A stretch of 64,000 bases of DNA, from positions 10,218 to 74,217 of the forward strand of contig SVOL01000006.1 in assembly GCA_015066395.1 (NCBI GenBank), given 5' to 3'. Below are positions 38,060-50,352 of the stretch, piece after piece (position 1 is the first letter of the stretch; each line of letters starts with the position of its first letter). The notes below the pieces were generated by a model that saw only the letters and a program-made list of their open reading frames with translations, searched no databases and was not told where the DNA came from. Made by a program: the position numbers and the translations under genes. This DNA comes from Oscillospiraceae bacterium. GTDB lineage: Bacteria > Bacillota > Clostridia > Oscillospirales > Acutalibacteraceae.

Positions 38060-38345
38060 ACAAAAAACTCCCGTCCTTTGTTTCCAAAAGGACGAGAGTG
38101 ACTCCCGTGTTACCACCTTAAGTTCATAGACAACTCACATTATCTACCTCACAGAGTACGGCCGAAGCGATACTCCTGCACTTGATTACGGTGTGCTTTC
38201 CGTCGTAGCCTACTCCTAATTGTTTTGGTACGCAGCTCCAAGATGTATTCACATTTCATATCCACGAGCCTCTCATCAGCCGGCATCTTTCTGTTTGGAA
38301 TCAGAAATGCTACTATTTCTTTTCATAGCCTTTCTTATGCATAAC
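38060..38345 (-). promoter_or_regulatory. T-box riboswitch leader, Tyr (UAC) specifier
   Basis: On the minus strand: UGAUGAGAG GA/AG-box region. GAA-UAC-A specifier loop (UAC = 38247-38245). T-box AAGGUGGUAACACGGGAG (38120-38102). Terminator CUCUCGUCCUUU...AAAGGACGGGAG plus a U-run (38098-38062). Confidence 0.9.
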
Positions 38346-38366
38346 TGCAAATATTTAATTTGTGGT

Positions 38367-38395
38367 ATAATAACACATTTTATCAGATATGTCAA
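38367..38395 (-). promoter_or_regulatory. sigma-A promoter of the tyrS leader (TTGACA-17-TATTAT)
   Basis: -35 at 38395-38390 and -10 at 38372-38367 on the minus strand. Confidence 0.6.
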
Positions 38396-38444
38396 TACTA
38401 TAAAAAATAACCGAGTCAAACTGACTCGGTCATTTTTCAATTTT

Positions 38445-40491
<2,047 letters not shown>

Positions 40492-40502
40492 TCACAAAAT
40501 TT

Positions 40503-40973
40503 TCACGAATTTAACGCCACGATACCGAAGTTAAGGTAAAACGCGACAAATAACCACAAAATATACGGCACCATAAGCCAGCCCGCGACCGGTGAAACGC
40601 TGAAAAAAACACGAGTTGTGAGCAACACCGCAACAATAAGCAACAACAGCCACACAAGCGCTATTTTTGGCGCTGAGAAGCCGAAAAAGATTATCGGCCA
40701 GATGTAGTTGATACCCAGCTGAATTATAAACAGCCGCAATGCTTTGTCCTTATCAAGATCATTGGATTTTGCCACGATAACCGCCGCTATCGACATCAAT
40801 GTATAAAGAACCGTCCAAACTATCGGAAAGACTATCGGCGGCGGTGACAGAGGCGGTTTGTTTGCATAAGCATAGGCGTCGGTACCGCCCGACAATATAT
40901 TACTTAAGAATGCCAACCCCAGCACCACTGCCGTTGTGATAATATACGGCTTATATTTCTCCCAGAATTTCAT
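40503..40973 (-). CDS. tspO: TspO/MBR family tryptophan-rich sensory protein
   Basis: 156 aa, five TM segments. ...KPPLSPPPIVFPIVWTVLYTLM... signature. Confidence 0.85.
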   Translation of the reverse strand: MKFWEKYKPYIITTAVVLGLAFLSNILSGGTDAYAYANKPPLSPPPIVFPIVWTVLYTLMSIAAVIVAKSNDLDKDKALRLFIIQLGINYIWPIIFFGFSAPKIALVWLLLLIVAVLLTTRVFFSVSPVAGWLMVPYILWLFVAFYLNFGIVALNS

Positions 40974-41063
40974 ATTACCCCTCCTAATTCTGTTTATATT
41001 TATTAGGAGTATTGGCTAAAAATTACAAAAAAATCAAGCGGCAGGAAGACCCACCGCTTGAAG

Positions 41064-42176
41064 TTATTTAAAATACATATTAAGATTACACTTTATCATA
41101 CCGTTATAAAGCTTACGCTTTTTATCGGGAGCAATGCCATAAAACTTCTCAAACTCATCGTGAGGGCTGATGATGTAATATTTCTTTCCCTTCTCTTTAG
41201 GGAATACCTTGCCCATTGTTTTGTAAAGTTCTTCGGCGGCTCTTATGTCCAAAAGTCGTTCGCCGTACGGCGGGTTGGTGATAACTAATGTTCTGCCTTC
41301 GGGAAGCCGGAAGTCCTTGACATCACGAACCTCAGCTGTGACATACTTTTCAACGCCCGCTTTTTCAGCGTTCTCAAGAGTCAATTTAACAGCCGCAGGG
41401 TCAATGTCATAGCCCACAGCTCTGAACTCGATATTAGGCAAGATACTGTCCATCGCGGCTTGTCGTGCCTCACGCCAGACCTTTTCATCAATAAAGTGAA
41501 AACGCTCAGCAGCAAAAAATTGCCTAAGACCCGGAGCTTGCTTTTTAGCCATAAGTGCTGCTTCAATAAGAATAGTGCCGCTTCCGCAGAATGGGTCGAA
41601 GATCTGAGTGTCAGGATAAATGCGTGCCAGATCGCACATTGCAGCGGCCAAAGTCTCCTTAATAGGTGCCGCGTTGGAGTTGGCTCTGTATCCCCTTTTG
41701 TGCAGACCGTGACCCGATGTGTCAAGCATAATCGTAACCTGATCCTTCATGATCGAGAACTGAAGCTGATGAACAGGACCTGTCTCCTCAAACCAATTAG
41801 TCTTATAAACGGTTTTAAGACGTTCGACGCAAGCCTTCTTGATTATAGACTGACAGTCGGGAATACTGTGCAACTGGGAGTTAAGACTCCAGCCTTTGAC
41901 GGGAAAAGCATCGTCCTTACCAATATATTCTTCCAAAGGCAAAGACTTGACGCCATCAAAAAGCTCGGTAAATGTAACGGCTTTAAACTGGCCCAAGTTG
42001 AGCATTATACGCTCGGCAAAGCGAGAGTTGATGTTAGCCGTTGCTATCATCGAAGCATCGCCGCTGAACAATACGCGACCATTCTCGGCTCTGACATTTT
42101 CGGCGCCAATTCTCTTCAGCTCATCGGCCAAAATACCCTCAACACCGAAAAGACAAGGGGCTATTAATTCATACAT
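41064..42176 (-). CDS. THUMP-domain class I SAM-dependent RNA methyltransferase (RlmK/L N-terminal-like, YpsC-like)
   Basis: DPFCGSGT SAM motif and NPPYG motif. Start at ATG 42176. Confidence 0.85.
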   Translation of the reverse strand: MYELIAPCLFGVEGILADELKRIGAENVRAENGRVLFSGDASMIATANINSRFAERIMLNLGQFKAVTFTELFDGVKSLPLEEYIGKDDAFPVKGWSLNSQLHSIPDCQSIIKKACVERLKTVYKTNWFEETGPVHQLQFSIMKDQVTIMLDTSGHGLHKRGYRANSNAAPIKETLAAAMCDLARIYPDTQIFDPFCGSGTILIEAALMAKKQAPGLRQFFAAERFHFIDEKVWREARQAAMDSILPNIEFRAVGYDIDPAAVKLTLENAEKAGVEKYVTAEVRDVKDFRLPEGRTLVITNPPYGERLLDIRAAEELYKTMGKVFPKEKGKKYYIISPHDEFEKFYGIAPDKKRKLYNGMIKCNLNMYFK

Positions 42177-42273
42177 AACAGTTTTTCCTTTATTTTTTAT
42201 AAGCTTAAAACACAAGAACTATCAAAACAAAAGGCGACGACTCCCTAAACGGGGAATTCACCGCCTTTACAAT

Positions 42274-42756
42274 TTATTTTACAGTACGCTTAGGACGTCT
42301 TGTATCGGGGTTTTTCTTCTTAAGATCCGAGAACTTTTCGTCACTGGTCTGCTTAAACTTTGCCATCATATCCTCAAAAGAAGCTGATTCGCTCTTTTTA
42401 GGAGTCCAGACGGGAACCGGCTGAGATGCAAAATCATTAGCGGGCTTTTGCGCGCGAACAGCCTTCGGACCGGAAGGTCTTCTATCTCTGTCCTGGTTCT
42501 TCGGTTTGTGATCAGGTGACGGCTCCTGTGCTTTTTTAATACTGAGACTGATCTTACCATCCTCAGAAATATTGAGCACTTTCATTTTAACAACGTCGCC
42601 GACCTTAACAAACTCTTTAACATCACTGACATAGGTCTGAGCGATCTCAGAAATATGTACAAGACCCGACTTACCTTCACCTAAATCAACGAAAACGCCG
42701 AAATTTGTGATACCTGTTACCTTGCCTTCAACAATTTGTCCAACTTCGATTTGCAT
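42274..42756 (-). CDS. yabR: S1 RNA-binding domain protein (YabR-like)
   Basis: MQIEVGQIVEGKVTGITNFGVFVDL S1 fold. Basic tail. Follows divIC as in Bacillus. Confidence 0.8.
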   Translation of the reverse strand: MQIEVGQIVEGKVTGITNFGVFVDLGEGKSGLVHISEIAQTYVSDVKEFVKVGDVVKMKVLNISEDGKISLSIKKAQEPSPDHKPKNQDRDRRPSGPKAVRAQKPANDFASQPVPVWTPKKSESASFEDMMAKFKQTSDEKFSDLKKKNPDTRRPKRTVK

Positions 42757-42801
42757 GCTTACCTTAGTTCCTCCAAAACCCAAATGAAAAGCTCACCTTT
42801 A

Positions 42802-43092
42802 TCAGTCACCCGAAATGTCGATATAGATATGTTCATCCGCATAAACATATCCCAGACGTTCCCTGGCCGCTTTTTCGATAAACTCTTTATCATCGCTGTT
42901 TTCGAGCATTCTGGACATTTCCTTAACCTCTAACTGCAGTTGGTCGCGTTTGGCCGAGTCAGCCGCCAAAACCGATTGCAAAGAGTTATACTCCTTTATA
43001 AGCGAGCCCAGGTAGAAGATCATCCAGACAGCAAAAATAAACAGTCCGATGCGAACAATAAAACTGCCTCTACGTTTGGTTTCGACTGCCAC
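42802..43092 (-). CDS. divIC: septum formation initiator (DivIC/FtsB family)
   Basis: 96 aa. One TM segment then a coiled coil. Synteny after yabQ. Confidence 0.75.
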   Translation of the reverse strand: MAVETKRRGSFIVRIGLFIFAVWMIFYLGSLIKEYNSLQSVLAADSAKRDQLQLEVKEMSRMLENSDDKEFIEKAARERLGYVYADEHIYIDISGD

Positions 43093-43573
43093 GGCGATCC
43101 CCCTTCTTTCCCTTTAGTGATACTTTAAAGCAATTATACAATAGTTTCACCCATCGTTGCAAGAGTTTTTTGCAAGTAAACACTAAATTTTTAAAAGATT
43201 TGTTAATGGTTGACAAAATTCGGTCTGCAAATTTAGATGACGTGTGCAATATTATGTCGAAAATTGTCAAAACTTTGATAAAAATGGTAAAAACCAACCT
43301 GGACAAAGTTATTCTGAATGTCACAAAGGATGCAAAAATCCCAAAAATAACAAACGATCTCACCTGCCCTTTAACTGTGAGCAGCAAAAAGGCATAGGTG
43401 ACCAATGCCGCAAAATGCCAAAAGAGTACGTCCGTAACAAAAGTTGCAACTGTGCTGTTCAGTTTGAATTTTCTTACCGCACGCAAAAGATCATAAACTA
43501 TGCAAAATGCGCAGCCAAGGCATAACGACAGCAAAAATGTATAGGTTTGAAACGCAACATCTATATGCCCCAT
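43070..43573 (-). CDS. yabQ: spore cortex biosynthesis protein YabQ
   Basis: 167 aa multi-TM protein. TAATG overlap with yabP. Confidence 0.7.
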   Translation of the reverse strand: MGHIDVAFQTYTFLLSLCLGCAFCIVYDLLRAVRKFKLNSTVATFVTDVLFWHFAALVTYAFLLLTVKGQVRSFVIFGIFASFVTFRITLSRLVFTIFIKVLTIFDIILHTSSKFADRILSTINKSFKNLVFTCKKLLQRWVKLLYNCFKVSLKGKKGDRRGSRNQT

Positions 43574-43836
43574 TACTTTAACATCCTGCCCAAAAATCCG
43601 TTTTTCCTGTCAGCCGTCGAATAGCCCAATGCAATAATATTGCCCTGCAGTTGAAGATCGCCGGTCTCGACTGTAAACCCCAGTACCTTCAGCCCGTCAC
43701 CGCGAACGGTCATCTTTCCCTTTTCGGTAAGCAATACCACTGTCTGCTCGTCAAAACTGTCGACATCAAGTACCCCCGAAACGGTCATCTTTTCTCTGTT
43801 TTCAATTATAACACCATGCTGTGCCTGATTTGCCAT
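43573..43836 (-). CDS. yabP: sporulation protein YabP
   Basis: ...HGVIIENREKMTVSGVLDVDSFDEQTVVL... Start set at ATG 43836 (AAAGGGTGG RBS). The ORF track starts at GTG 43845. Confidence 0.8.
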   Translation of the reverse strand: MANQAQHGVIIENREKMTVSGVLDVDSFDEQTVVLLTEKGKMTVRGDGLKVLGFTVETGDLQLQGNIIALGYSTADRKNGFLGRMLK

Positions 43837-43916
43837 CGCAACCACCCTTTCACATGAATTTATATGTGAAAGTCACTTGTAAAATAACAAAACCGTTCTG
43901 TCCGAACGGTTTTTAG

Positions 43917-44156
43917 TTAGTTTATAACTTTATACATAGCCGCGGCCGCTTCTTTTCGAACGACCTCCGAAACGTCAAGCACCTCTACCTTGACGGTTCT
44001 TGTGCCAAAACCTATCTCCAGCACATCGCCGACCTTAACATCATAAGATGCACGGGCAACCTTGCCGTTGACCGTCACACGGCCTGCATCGCAAGCCTCG
44101 TTGGCAACGGTGCGGCGTTTGATAATTCTTGATACCTTTAAATACTTATCCAATCT
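43917..44156 (-). CDS. yabO: S4-domain RNA-binding protein (YabO/Hsp15-like)
   Basis: MRLDKYLKVSRIIKRRTVANEA... S4 motif. Confidence 0.8.
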   Translation of the reverse strand, partial: RLDKYLKVSRIIKRRTVANEACDAGRVTVNGKVARASYDVKVGDVLEIGFGTRTVKVEVLDVSEVVRKEAAAAMYKVIN

Positions 44157-44226
44157 CATAAATATCACCTGAGTAAAAGATTAAGCCGCCGAAAAGAATA
44201 CGGCGGCTTTTCTTTCAAAGAAAAGA

Positions 44227-44499
44227 TTACTTAATAGCTGCTTTGAAGCCCTGACCTGCCTTGAATGCAGGAGCTTTAGAAGCTGCAATAGTGATAGTTT
44301 CCTTGGTAAGGGGATTTCTGCCGGTTCTCTCGGGACGCTCGCGAACCTCAAAGGTACCGAAGCCGATGAGCTGAACCTTGTCGCCTGCCTTGAGAGCCTC
44401 AGTAACGGTCTCAACGAAAGCGGCTACAGCCTTGTCAGCATCTTTCTTGCTGATACCTGCCTTTTCGGCAATTGCTGCGACTAACTCTGTCTTTTTCAT
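44227..44499 (-). CDS. hup: DNA-binding protein HU
   Basis: MKKTELVAAIAEKAGISKKDADKAV... RNPLTKETITIAASKAPAFKAG. GGAGG RBS. Confidence 0.95.
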   Translation of the reverse strand: MKKTELVAAIAEKAGISKKDADKAVAAFVETVTEALKAGDKVQLIGFGTFEVRERPERTGRNPLTKETITIAASKAPAFKAGQGFKAAIK

Positions 44500-44554
44500 T
44501 TTATTTTCCTCCAACTATTATTTATTCAATCAAGGGAATCCCTCGAATTTGAAA

Positions 44555-45379
44555 CTAATTATGCTTGACTCTGTTCCAGATATCATCAAGTTCTACGAGA
44601 GTCATTTCCTTCATGTCCTTACCCATTTTCACACACTCAGCTTCAACGAGCTTAAAACGGGCAATGAATTTATCGGTGGCTTTCGCCAATGAGTCCTCGG
44701 CATCGGTTCCCACAAATCTCGAAACATTGACCATTGAGAACAGAAGATCGCCGAACTCTTCGTTTATATCGGCCTGAACACCCGACTGAACGGCGTCTTT
44801 AAGCTCCGCGGTCTCCTCTGAGATCTTTTCGAAAGCACCGCTCATTTCGTCCCAATCAAAACCGGCCTTGGCGGCACGCTTTTGGACCTTAGCAGCACGA
44901 AGCAACGCAGGAAAAGCTCTCGGTACACTTTCCAACGTATCGGTGTACGATTCCTGATGCTTTTCAACACGCTTGATCTTATCCCAATTATCGAGCACCT
45001 CAGCCGATGTATTAGCCTCTACATCGCCGAAAACGTGCGGATGCCTCAAAATAAGTTTTTTAGTGATGCCGTCGACGACCTCATCAAAGGTAAACTCGCC
45101 GTTACGTCTTGCAATATCAGCATGGAAAACTACCTGCAACAAAAGGTCGCCCAACTCTTCACAAAGAGCCGTACTATCGTCAAGGTCGATCGCGTCAGCC
45201 GTTTCGTAAGCTTCCTCCAACAAATCACGGCGGATACTCTTATGAGTCTGCTCGATATCCCACGGACAACCACCGGGTTCGCGAAGAATTTTCATTACTT
45301 CTAAAAAATCTTCGATACTATATTTTTCTCTTTTATAAGAAGTTTTGGATATCATTTGTACAGCCTCAACAAAACGCAT
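44555..45379 (-). CDS. mazG: nucleoside triphosphate pyrophosphohydrolase MazG
   Basis: Tandem MazG domains (GGCPWD..., EEAYE, EELGDLL, EEFGDLLF). Confidence 0.9.
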   Translation of the reverse strand: MRFVEAVQMISKTSYKREKYSIEDFLEVMKILREPGGCPWDIEQTHKSIRRDLLEEAYETADAIDLDDSTALCEELGDLLLQVVFHADIARRNGEFTFDEVVDGITKKLILRHPHVFGDVEANTSAEVLDNWDKIKRVEKHQESYTDTLESVPRAFPALLRAAKVQKRAAKAGFDWDEMSGAFEKISEETAELKDAVQSGVQADINEEFGDLLFSMVNVSRFVGTDAEDSLAKATDKFIARFKLVEAECVKMGKDMKEMTLVELDDIWNRVKHN

Positions 45380-45439
45380 TGGTATATTTGGTAAAAATTG
45401 ACGGTATTAATTCAATTTAGACCATACTTTATGTCTATT

Positions 45440-47188
45440 TTACCTCATAATCCCGAATTTTGCAAGTACTTTTGCAATTTTTTCTCCTTTTGGCAAAGAA
45501 ATTATGTCATCTTTTACCAGTGCACGCAAAATTGCAAGGAAAATTACATACACAACAGCCGCAACACCGATTGCAACAACAGTAGCGAGACTGCGTGAAA
45601 TCCCTAAATGAGCAAGCCCAAACACAGTGCCCCAAGCGGCGGCACCGCAGGCAATGCCGGAAATCAGAAATTTGCCCACGCAGGTATAGAGGTTCGGCAT
45701 AACACCGCTGTATTTCACAAAGCAAATAAAGTTAGCGATACAAATGTATGCGTAACAAACAGTAGTACCGATGGGAACACCAAAAATGTTGATCTCAGGT
45801 GTTCCGACGAGAATGAAATTGATAACAATCTTCAGCACCGCACCGACAGCAATATTACGAATCGGAACCGACTGCCTGCCGATCGCCTGCAACATATTAA
45901 CTATCGGCGAATTGAGTCCCGCAAAAATAGCACAAATTCCCAATACTCTAAGGTTAGGAGCGGCAACCGCAATCATACTTTCATTTGAATAAAGGATATC
46001 CAACATGCCGTCTGACACAGCGAAAATACCGCAACCCACGGGAATAGCGATCAATGCGGTAGTGCGGATGATCGAACCGACACTGCGTTGCATTTCTCCC
46101 CTATCCCTCTTGGTCCAGGCAGTAGCCAGTACAGGAATAGCACTAACACCCAAAACCGAGGTCAGCACGGGAACGAGATTATATATCGAAAACGCAAAGC
46201 CGCGGTGACAACCGTACAAAGAGTTCGGCAGATCAACCGTCCAAACATACTCCAAGTTATTCGCATTTGCCTTTGCGACCTCAGAAGCGATAAACGATGC
46301 ATAGTTTGTGCTGAAATACAGAGGATCGCTCTGCAAAGCGTTCGCCAGCTGTTTTTGAACCATTACAACATCGATAAGACTTGTTATATTATTTACAAGC
46401 GAACCTAAAACTATCGGAACCGCGACTAACAAAAGGCTCTTTAAAACAACCTTTCCGGACTCCGGCTCGGGAGCTGAGTTTAACTGCTCTTTGGTGAAGA
46501 ATACATCCTTTTCACGGCGGTATTTCACAACAAGATATCCCGAACTGAACACCGTTCCCAGCGTGATTCCAAACAACGCACCTGCTGCTGCAAGCGAGTA
46601 GCTTTTAGTTGTGAGAATGATAACATATGCAAACAAAAGCCCGAAAACGAGCTTGCCTACAGCCTCTATGACCTGGCTTACGGCGGTCGGTGTCATATTA
46701 CGAAGACCTTCATAATATCCGCGGTACGCCGACATAATACAGCAGAACAGCAAGCACGGAGCAATGGCAACTATTCCCCAAAACGAACCGGGGTTGAAGA
46801 CATTGAACGGATGTCCGGTCATAAGTACCGCCAGAACCAGCATCAGTACAAATCCCGTACCGCCGGTGACAATGAAAGCCTTTTTAGCAATATCCAGCGT
46901 CCGTTTTACGTGCTTATAGCGTCCGTTTGCCACGTGTTCTGCCACTATTCTCGAAATAGCTATGGGCAGACCTGCCATTGCTATTGAGTACATCGGCACA
47001 TAAAGATCATAGGCAGTCGAAAAATAGCCCATTCCCGTAACATCGAGAATGTACTCACTGCCGAGCGGTATTTTATAAAAAGCACCCAATATCTTTACAA
47101 GCGCCGTAGCAAGCATGAGTATCGCCGAAGCGTGCATATAGCTTTGCGGACTGTTATTATTCTTTAAAGTTTTTGTTTTATTGTTCAT
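45440..47188 (-). CDS. MOP-superfamily flippase (SpoVB/MurJ/YabM-like polysaccharide biosynthesis protein)
   Basis: 582 aa with about 14 TM segments. Position equivalent to Bacillus yabM, upstream of mazG. Confidence 0.75.
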   Translation of the reverse strand: MNNKTKTLKNNNSPQSYMHASAILMLATALVKILGAFYKIPLGSEYILDVTGMGYFSTAYDLYVPMYSIAMAGLPIAISRIVAEHVANGRYKHVKRTLDIAKKAFIVTGGTGFVLMLVLAVLMTGHPFNVFNPGSFWGIVAIAPCLLFCCIMSAYRGYYEGLRNMTPTAVSQVIEAVGKLVFGLLFAYVIILTTKSYSLAAAGALFGITLGTVFSSGYLVVKYRREKDVFFTKEQLNSAPEPESGKVVLKSLLLVAVPIVLGSLVNNITSLIDVVMVQKQLANALQSDPLYFSTNYASFIASEVAKANANNLEYVWTVDLPNSLYGCHRGFAFSIYNLVPVLTSVLGVSAIPVLATAWTKRDRGEMQRSVGSIIRTTALIAIPVGCGIFAVSDGMLDILYSNESMIAVAAPNLRVLGICAIFAGLNSPIVNMLQAIGRQSVPIRNIAVGAVLKIVINFILVGTPEINIFGVPIGTTVCYAYICIANFICFVKYSGVMPNLYTCVGKFLISGIACGAAAWGTVFGLAHLGISRSLATVVAIGVAAVVYVIFLAILRALVKDDIISLPKGEKIAKVLAKFGIMR

Positions 47189-47196
47189 TTAACGCC

Positions 47197-47892
47197 TCAC
47201 AAAGATTTTATCCAATCAATAAGGAGATTAAACCATCCGTCGGCACGGTCGCAATGGAGCGTATCAGTGTAAGTATCAGCCGAGTTATCATCGGCACCGT
47301 CGGAAACCATTCTGATTGAAATATACGGCTTATTAAAACGCGAAGCCACCTCAGCCACGGCCGCCGACTCCATATCGCAGGCAACGGGGTTAAAAAGCTC
47401 GCTCAAAGCATCGTGCTTTTCCTTGTCACAGATAAAGCTGTCACCCGTGACAAAGGCACCGGTTCTTACAAAGGGGAACTTGCGTTTGACATCCTCAACA
47501 AGCGCCGTGTCACACTCGAGCGGCTCGTTCTGACCCGGCTTCTGCGACGGTTTATATCCGATTGCAGTCAGGTCAAAATCGTGCTCGTAAAGCGCGGTTC
47601 CGACAACCAAATCGTACTTTTTAGCGTCGCCGAAGCCACCCGAAAGACCTGCATTGACGATTATATCACACTTATCGGCGATAAGCGTTGCGGCGATCGC
47701 GGCATTGACCTTGCCGATACCGCTGCATATAATATGAAGTTCAACACTTCCGCTTTTTGTCGGCACGGTTGCGGTGTGACCTTTGAGACCGCAGATAGAC
47801 TGCGGTTTCAGCCACTCATCCAACGCCCTCTCGATATGGACATACTCATCACTATCAGCAATAACTATGCCTATTCTCTTAACATCAGCCAT
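47197..47892 (-). CDS. mtnN: 5'-methylthioadenosine/S-adenosylhomocysteine nucleosidase family protein
   Basis: PNP_UDP_1 fold pattern (GIGKVNAAIAAT, CDMESAAVAEV). Start ATG 47892 after GGAGGAAAGCA. Confidence 0.8.
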   Translation of the reverse strand: MADVKRIGIVIADSDEYVHIERALDEWLKPQSICGLKGHTATVPTKSGSVELHIICSGIGKVNAAIAATLIADKCDIIVNAGLSGGFGDAKKYDLVVGTALYEHDFDLTAIGYKPSQKPGQNEPLECDTALVEDVKRKFPFVRTGAFVTGDSFICDKEKHDALSELFNPVACDMESAAVAEVASRFNKPYISIRMVSDGADDNSADTYTDTLHCDRADGWFNLLIDWIKSL

Positions 47893-48211
47893 TGCTTTCC
47901 TCCGAAGGCTCTTCCACCGGCTCGCCGTCCTCAAAAACGACGCTGTCGGCATCGCCGTAAACACCGCTTCTCAAAGCTTCAAGTTCCATTTTTAAAACCT
48001 CTACTCTTTCGACAGCCAAGTCGAATTCGTTATCGTCAACTGCAATATTTTTAAGTTTTCTGTAGGTCAGTCTTCCCAACTTTTCATAAGCCTTTTTAAG
48101 ATCGGAGCAGACCTTTGCTATCTGGATATTGCTCTTCTGATCGTAAATAAACTCACCTGTTTTGATCTCCAAAGTCTCAATAAATTCCTTTGCTTTGTTT
48201 ACGAATTCCAT
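47885..48211 (-). CDS. hypothetical coiled-coil protein with an acidic tail
   Basis: 108 aa. Its stop overlaps the mtnN start (ATGGCTGA). No motif recognised. Confidence 0.5.
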   Translation of the reverse strand: MEFVNKAKEFIETLEIKTGEFIYDQKSNIQIAKVCSDLKKAYEKLGRLTYRKLKNIAVDDNEFDLAVERVEVLKMELEALRSGVYGDADSVVFEDGEPVEEPSEESNG

Positions 48212-48228
48212 AGTGTGACCTCCTAAAT

Positions 48229-49716
48229 TTATTTCAACAAGCTGTACTTGTTGTAGAATTCAACAATGGCATCTTTCCTCTTAAGTATTACATCGAACTG
48301 CGAAATATACTCATAAGGATATTTAAAGTTGAACACTCGCTCAATATTGTTGCCGTTGGGTTCTCTTAGCTTTGTAACACCCGAAGCACCGCAGGCTAAA
48401 ATAGTATGCGTTTCGTCCATTATGTATACGTTATAAAGTCCTTCGTACCCTGCCTTGCAATAGCCGACATTTTCTAAATTTCCGACTGTCTTGCTCTGCC
48501 TGTACATATAGTAAGGTCTTATTCCCTTTTCGCTGAGTTTGGTGTAGGCGTAATCGACCATTTTCTCGGCATCTGTACCGTGGTCAGAACCAAAAGCGTA
48601 ACCGGACCCTGTAAGGTTGGAAGCACGCTTCATCGACAGAGAATGAACCGTTATGTTTTCGGGATCAAGTTCAAGACACTTATCGACCGAATCACAAAAA
48701 CTTTGAACCGTATCACCGCTAAGCCCTGCTATCAGGTCCATATTGATATTATCAAATCCACACCCGCGGGCCAATTTAAAAGCCTCGACCGTCTGAGCCA
48801 CTGTATGCCTGCGACCGATCGATTTTAGTACATCATCATTCATAGTCTGCGGATTGATGGAGATCCTTGTCGCTCCACCTTTTCTTATAGCCATCAGTTT
48901 ATCACGCGTCACCGTGTCGGGTCGACCTGCCTCAACAGTATATTCAACAAGCTGTGACAGATCAAAGTTGGCTTTCACCGCGTCGAAAATACGTGTCAGT
49001 TGCTCGGCCGACAGTGCCGTCGGTGTTCCTCCGCCAACGTACACGGTCATCAGTTTCAAACCGCATTGTTTTGCCAAGTCGGCTGTATATTTTAATTCCT
49101 CAACAAGCAGATCGACATATTGAGGTATCAGTTTTTTAGCCTGCTCCACCGAGTGCGAAACAAAGGAGCAATAATTGCAACGGCTTGGGCAAAACGGGAC
49201 TGAAATGTAAAGGCTGAAGGAATCGGGTCTCGACTCCGAAATCGCCTTTTCTTCCTTTTTGTGACATTCCAGACAAAGGGCAGTCTTTTTCTCGCTTACA
49301 AGCAATTCGTTTCTAAAATACTCTACTGCCTTTTCCTCACCGTCGGTCTTTAAAAGCTTGGCGATAAGCTTAGCGGGTCTGACGCCCGTAAGTATTCCCC
49401 ACGGCGAACTGTAGCCTGTAATGCTCTTAAGACAGTCGAAAACCATCAATGCAAGCTTTCGCTCGCACAAGGTAAACAGTTCCTCATCGTTACCGCTCGC
49501 AAAACCTTCTCGCTCCTCAAGTTTACCGCCTAACGAGAGCTTTACCGAAAGTTTTACCCCCTGCTCCGACTCCACAGTCGAATAAATGCAGTAATCGTCA
49601 GAGTAATCGACTTCGTCCGGCTCACTCGAAAATGTGAACTTATCGAACGGCAGAAACAGCCTGCACAGTTTTTCTATCTCATACTTAAAATCTTTACCAA
49701 TATTTATAAGTTGCAT
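48229..49716 (-). CDS. hemZ: radical SAM coproporphyrinogen-dehydrogenase-like protein (HemZ/HemN family)
   Basis: 495 aa. CPSRCNYCSF radical-SAM motif. Confidence 0.8.
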   Translation of the reverse strand: MQLINIGKDFKYEIEKLCRLFLPFDKFTFSSEPDEVDYSDDYCIYSTVESEQGVKLSVKLSLGGKLEEREGFASGNDEELFTLCERKLALMVFDCLKSITGYSSPWGILTGVRPAKLIAKLLKTDGEEKAVEYFRNELLVSEKKTALCLECHKKEEKAISESRPDSFSLYISVPFCPSRCNYCSFVSHSVEQAKKLIPQYVDLLVEELKYTADLAKQCGLKLMTVYVGGGTPTALSAEQLTRIFDAVKANFDLSQLVEYTVEAGRPDTVTRDKLMAIRKGGATRISINPQTMNDDVLKSIGRRHTVAQTVEAFKLARGCGFDNINMDLIAGLSGDTVQSFCDSVDKCLELDPENITVHSLSMKRASNLTGSGYAFGSDHGTDAEKMVDYAYTKLSEKGIRPYYMYRQSKTVGNLENVGYCKAGYEGLYNVYIMDETHTILACGASGVTKLREPNGNNIERVFNFKYPYEYISQFDVILKRKDAIVEFYNKYSLLK

Positions 49717-49725
49717 ACCTGCTCC

Positions 49726-50352
49726 TTAATACTGTAAATAAGGGTTCTTTAGCTTTTCCTCTTCCAAATTGGTCTTTTCGCCGTGTCCGGGATAAACGGT
49801 CAAACAGCCGGCAAGGCACTTCAATTTATCGAGCGACATTATCATATAACCCATATCGGATCCCGGAAAATCAGTCCTTCCGATCGACCTTTTAAACAAG
49901 GTATCTCCCGAAAAAAGACAGTCGTCTATTTTGAAGCAGACACTGCCTCGCGAATGTCCCGGAGTGGCAATGACCTCAACTTCTGAGCCGCCGACCTTAA
50001 ACCTATCGCCGTCATCAAAAAGAATGTCCGCACGCAAATTACTGTCGACCGCAGGATAAATGCCTGCAAAATTATTTGAAAGATTGAAGTCGTCGTCATA
50101 AAGTCCCTTTTCGTCCAAAGCGCTTATAAGCACAGGCGCGCCGGTACGTTCTTTAACAAATGAAACTGCGGACAAATGGTCAAAATGACCGTGAGTCAGC
50201 ATTATATAACGGATCTTTTGAGGGTTCTCAGCAATATAATCAGCTATAACCTTCTCGGGAAACCCGGGATCGATGATTATTGCCTCATCACCCACTTCTA
50301 CTATGTAGCAGTTGGCGGCAAGCGGTCCTGCAGAAATCGTAGTTATCTTCAT
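49726..50352 (-). CDS. MBL-fold metallo-hydrolase
   Basis: THGHFDH motif. 208 aa. Confidence 0.85.
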   Translation of the reverse strand: MKITTISAGPLAANCYIVEVGDEAIIIDPGFPEKVIADYIAENPQKIRYIMLTHGHFDHLSAVSFVKERTGAPVLISALDEKGLYDDDFNLSNNFAGIYPAVDSNLRADILFDDGDRFKVGGSEVEVIATPGHSRGSVCFKIDDCLFSGDTLFKRSIGRTDFPGSDMGYMIMSLDKLKCLAGCLTVYPGHGEKTNLEEEKLKNPYLQY

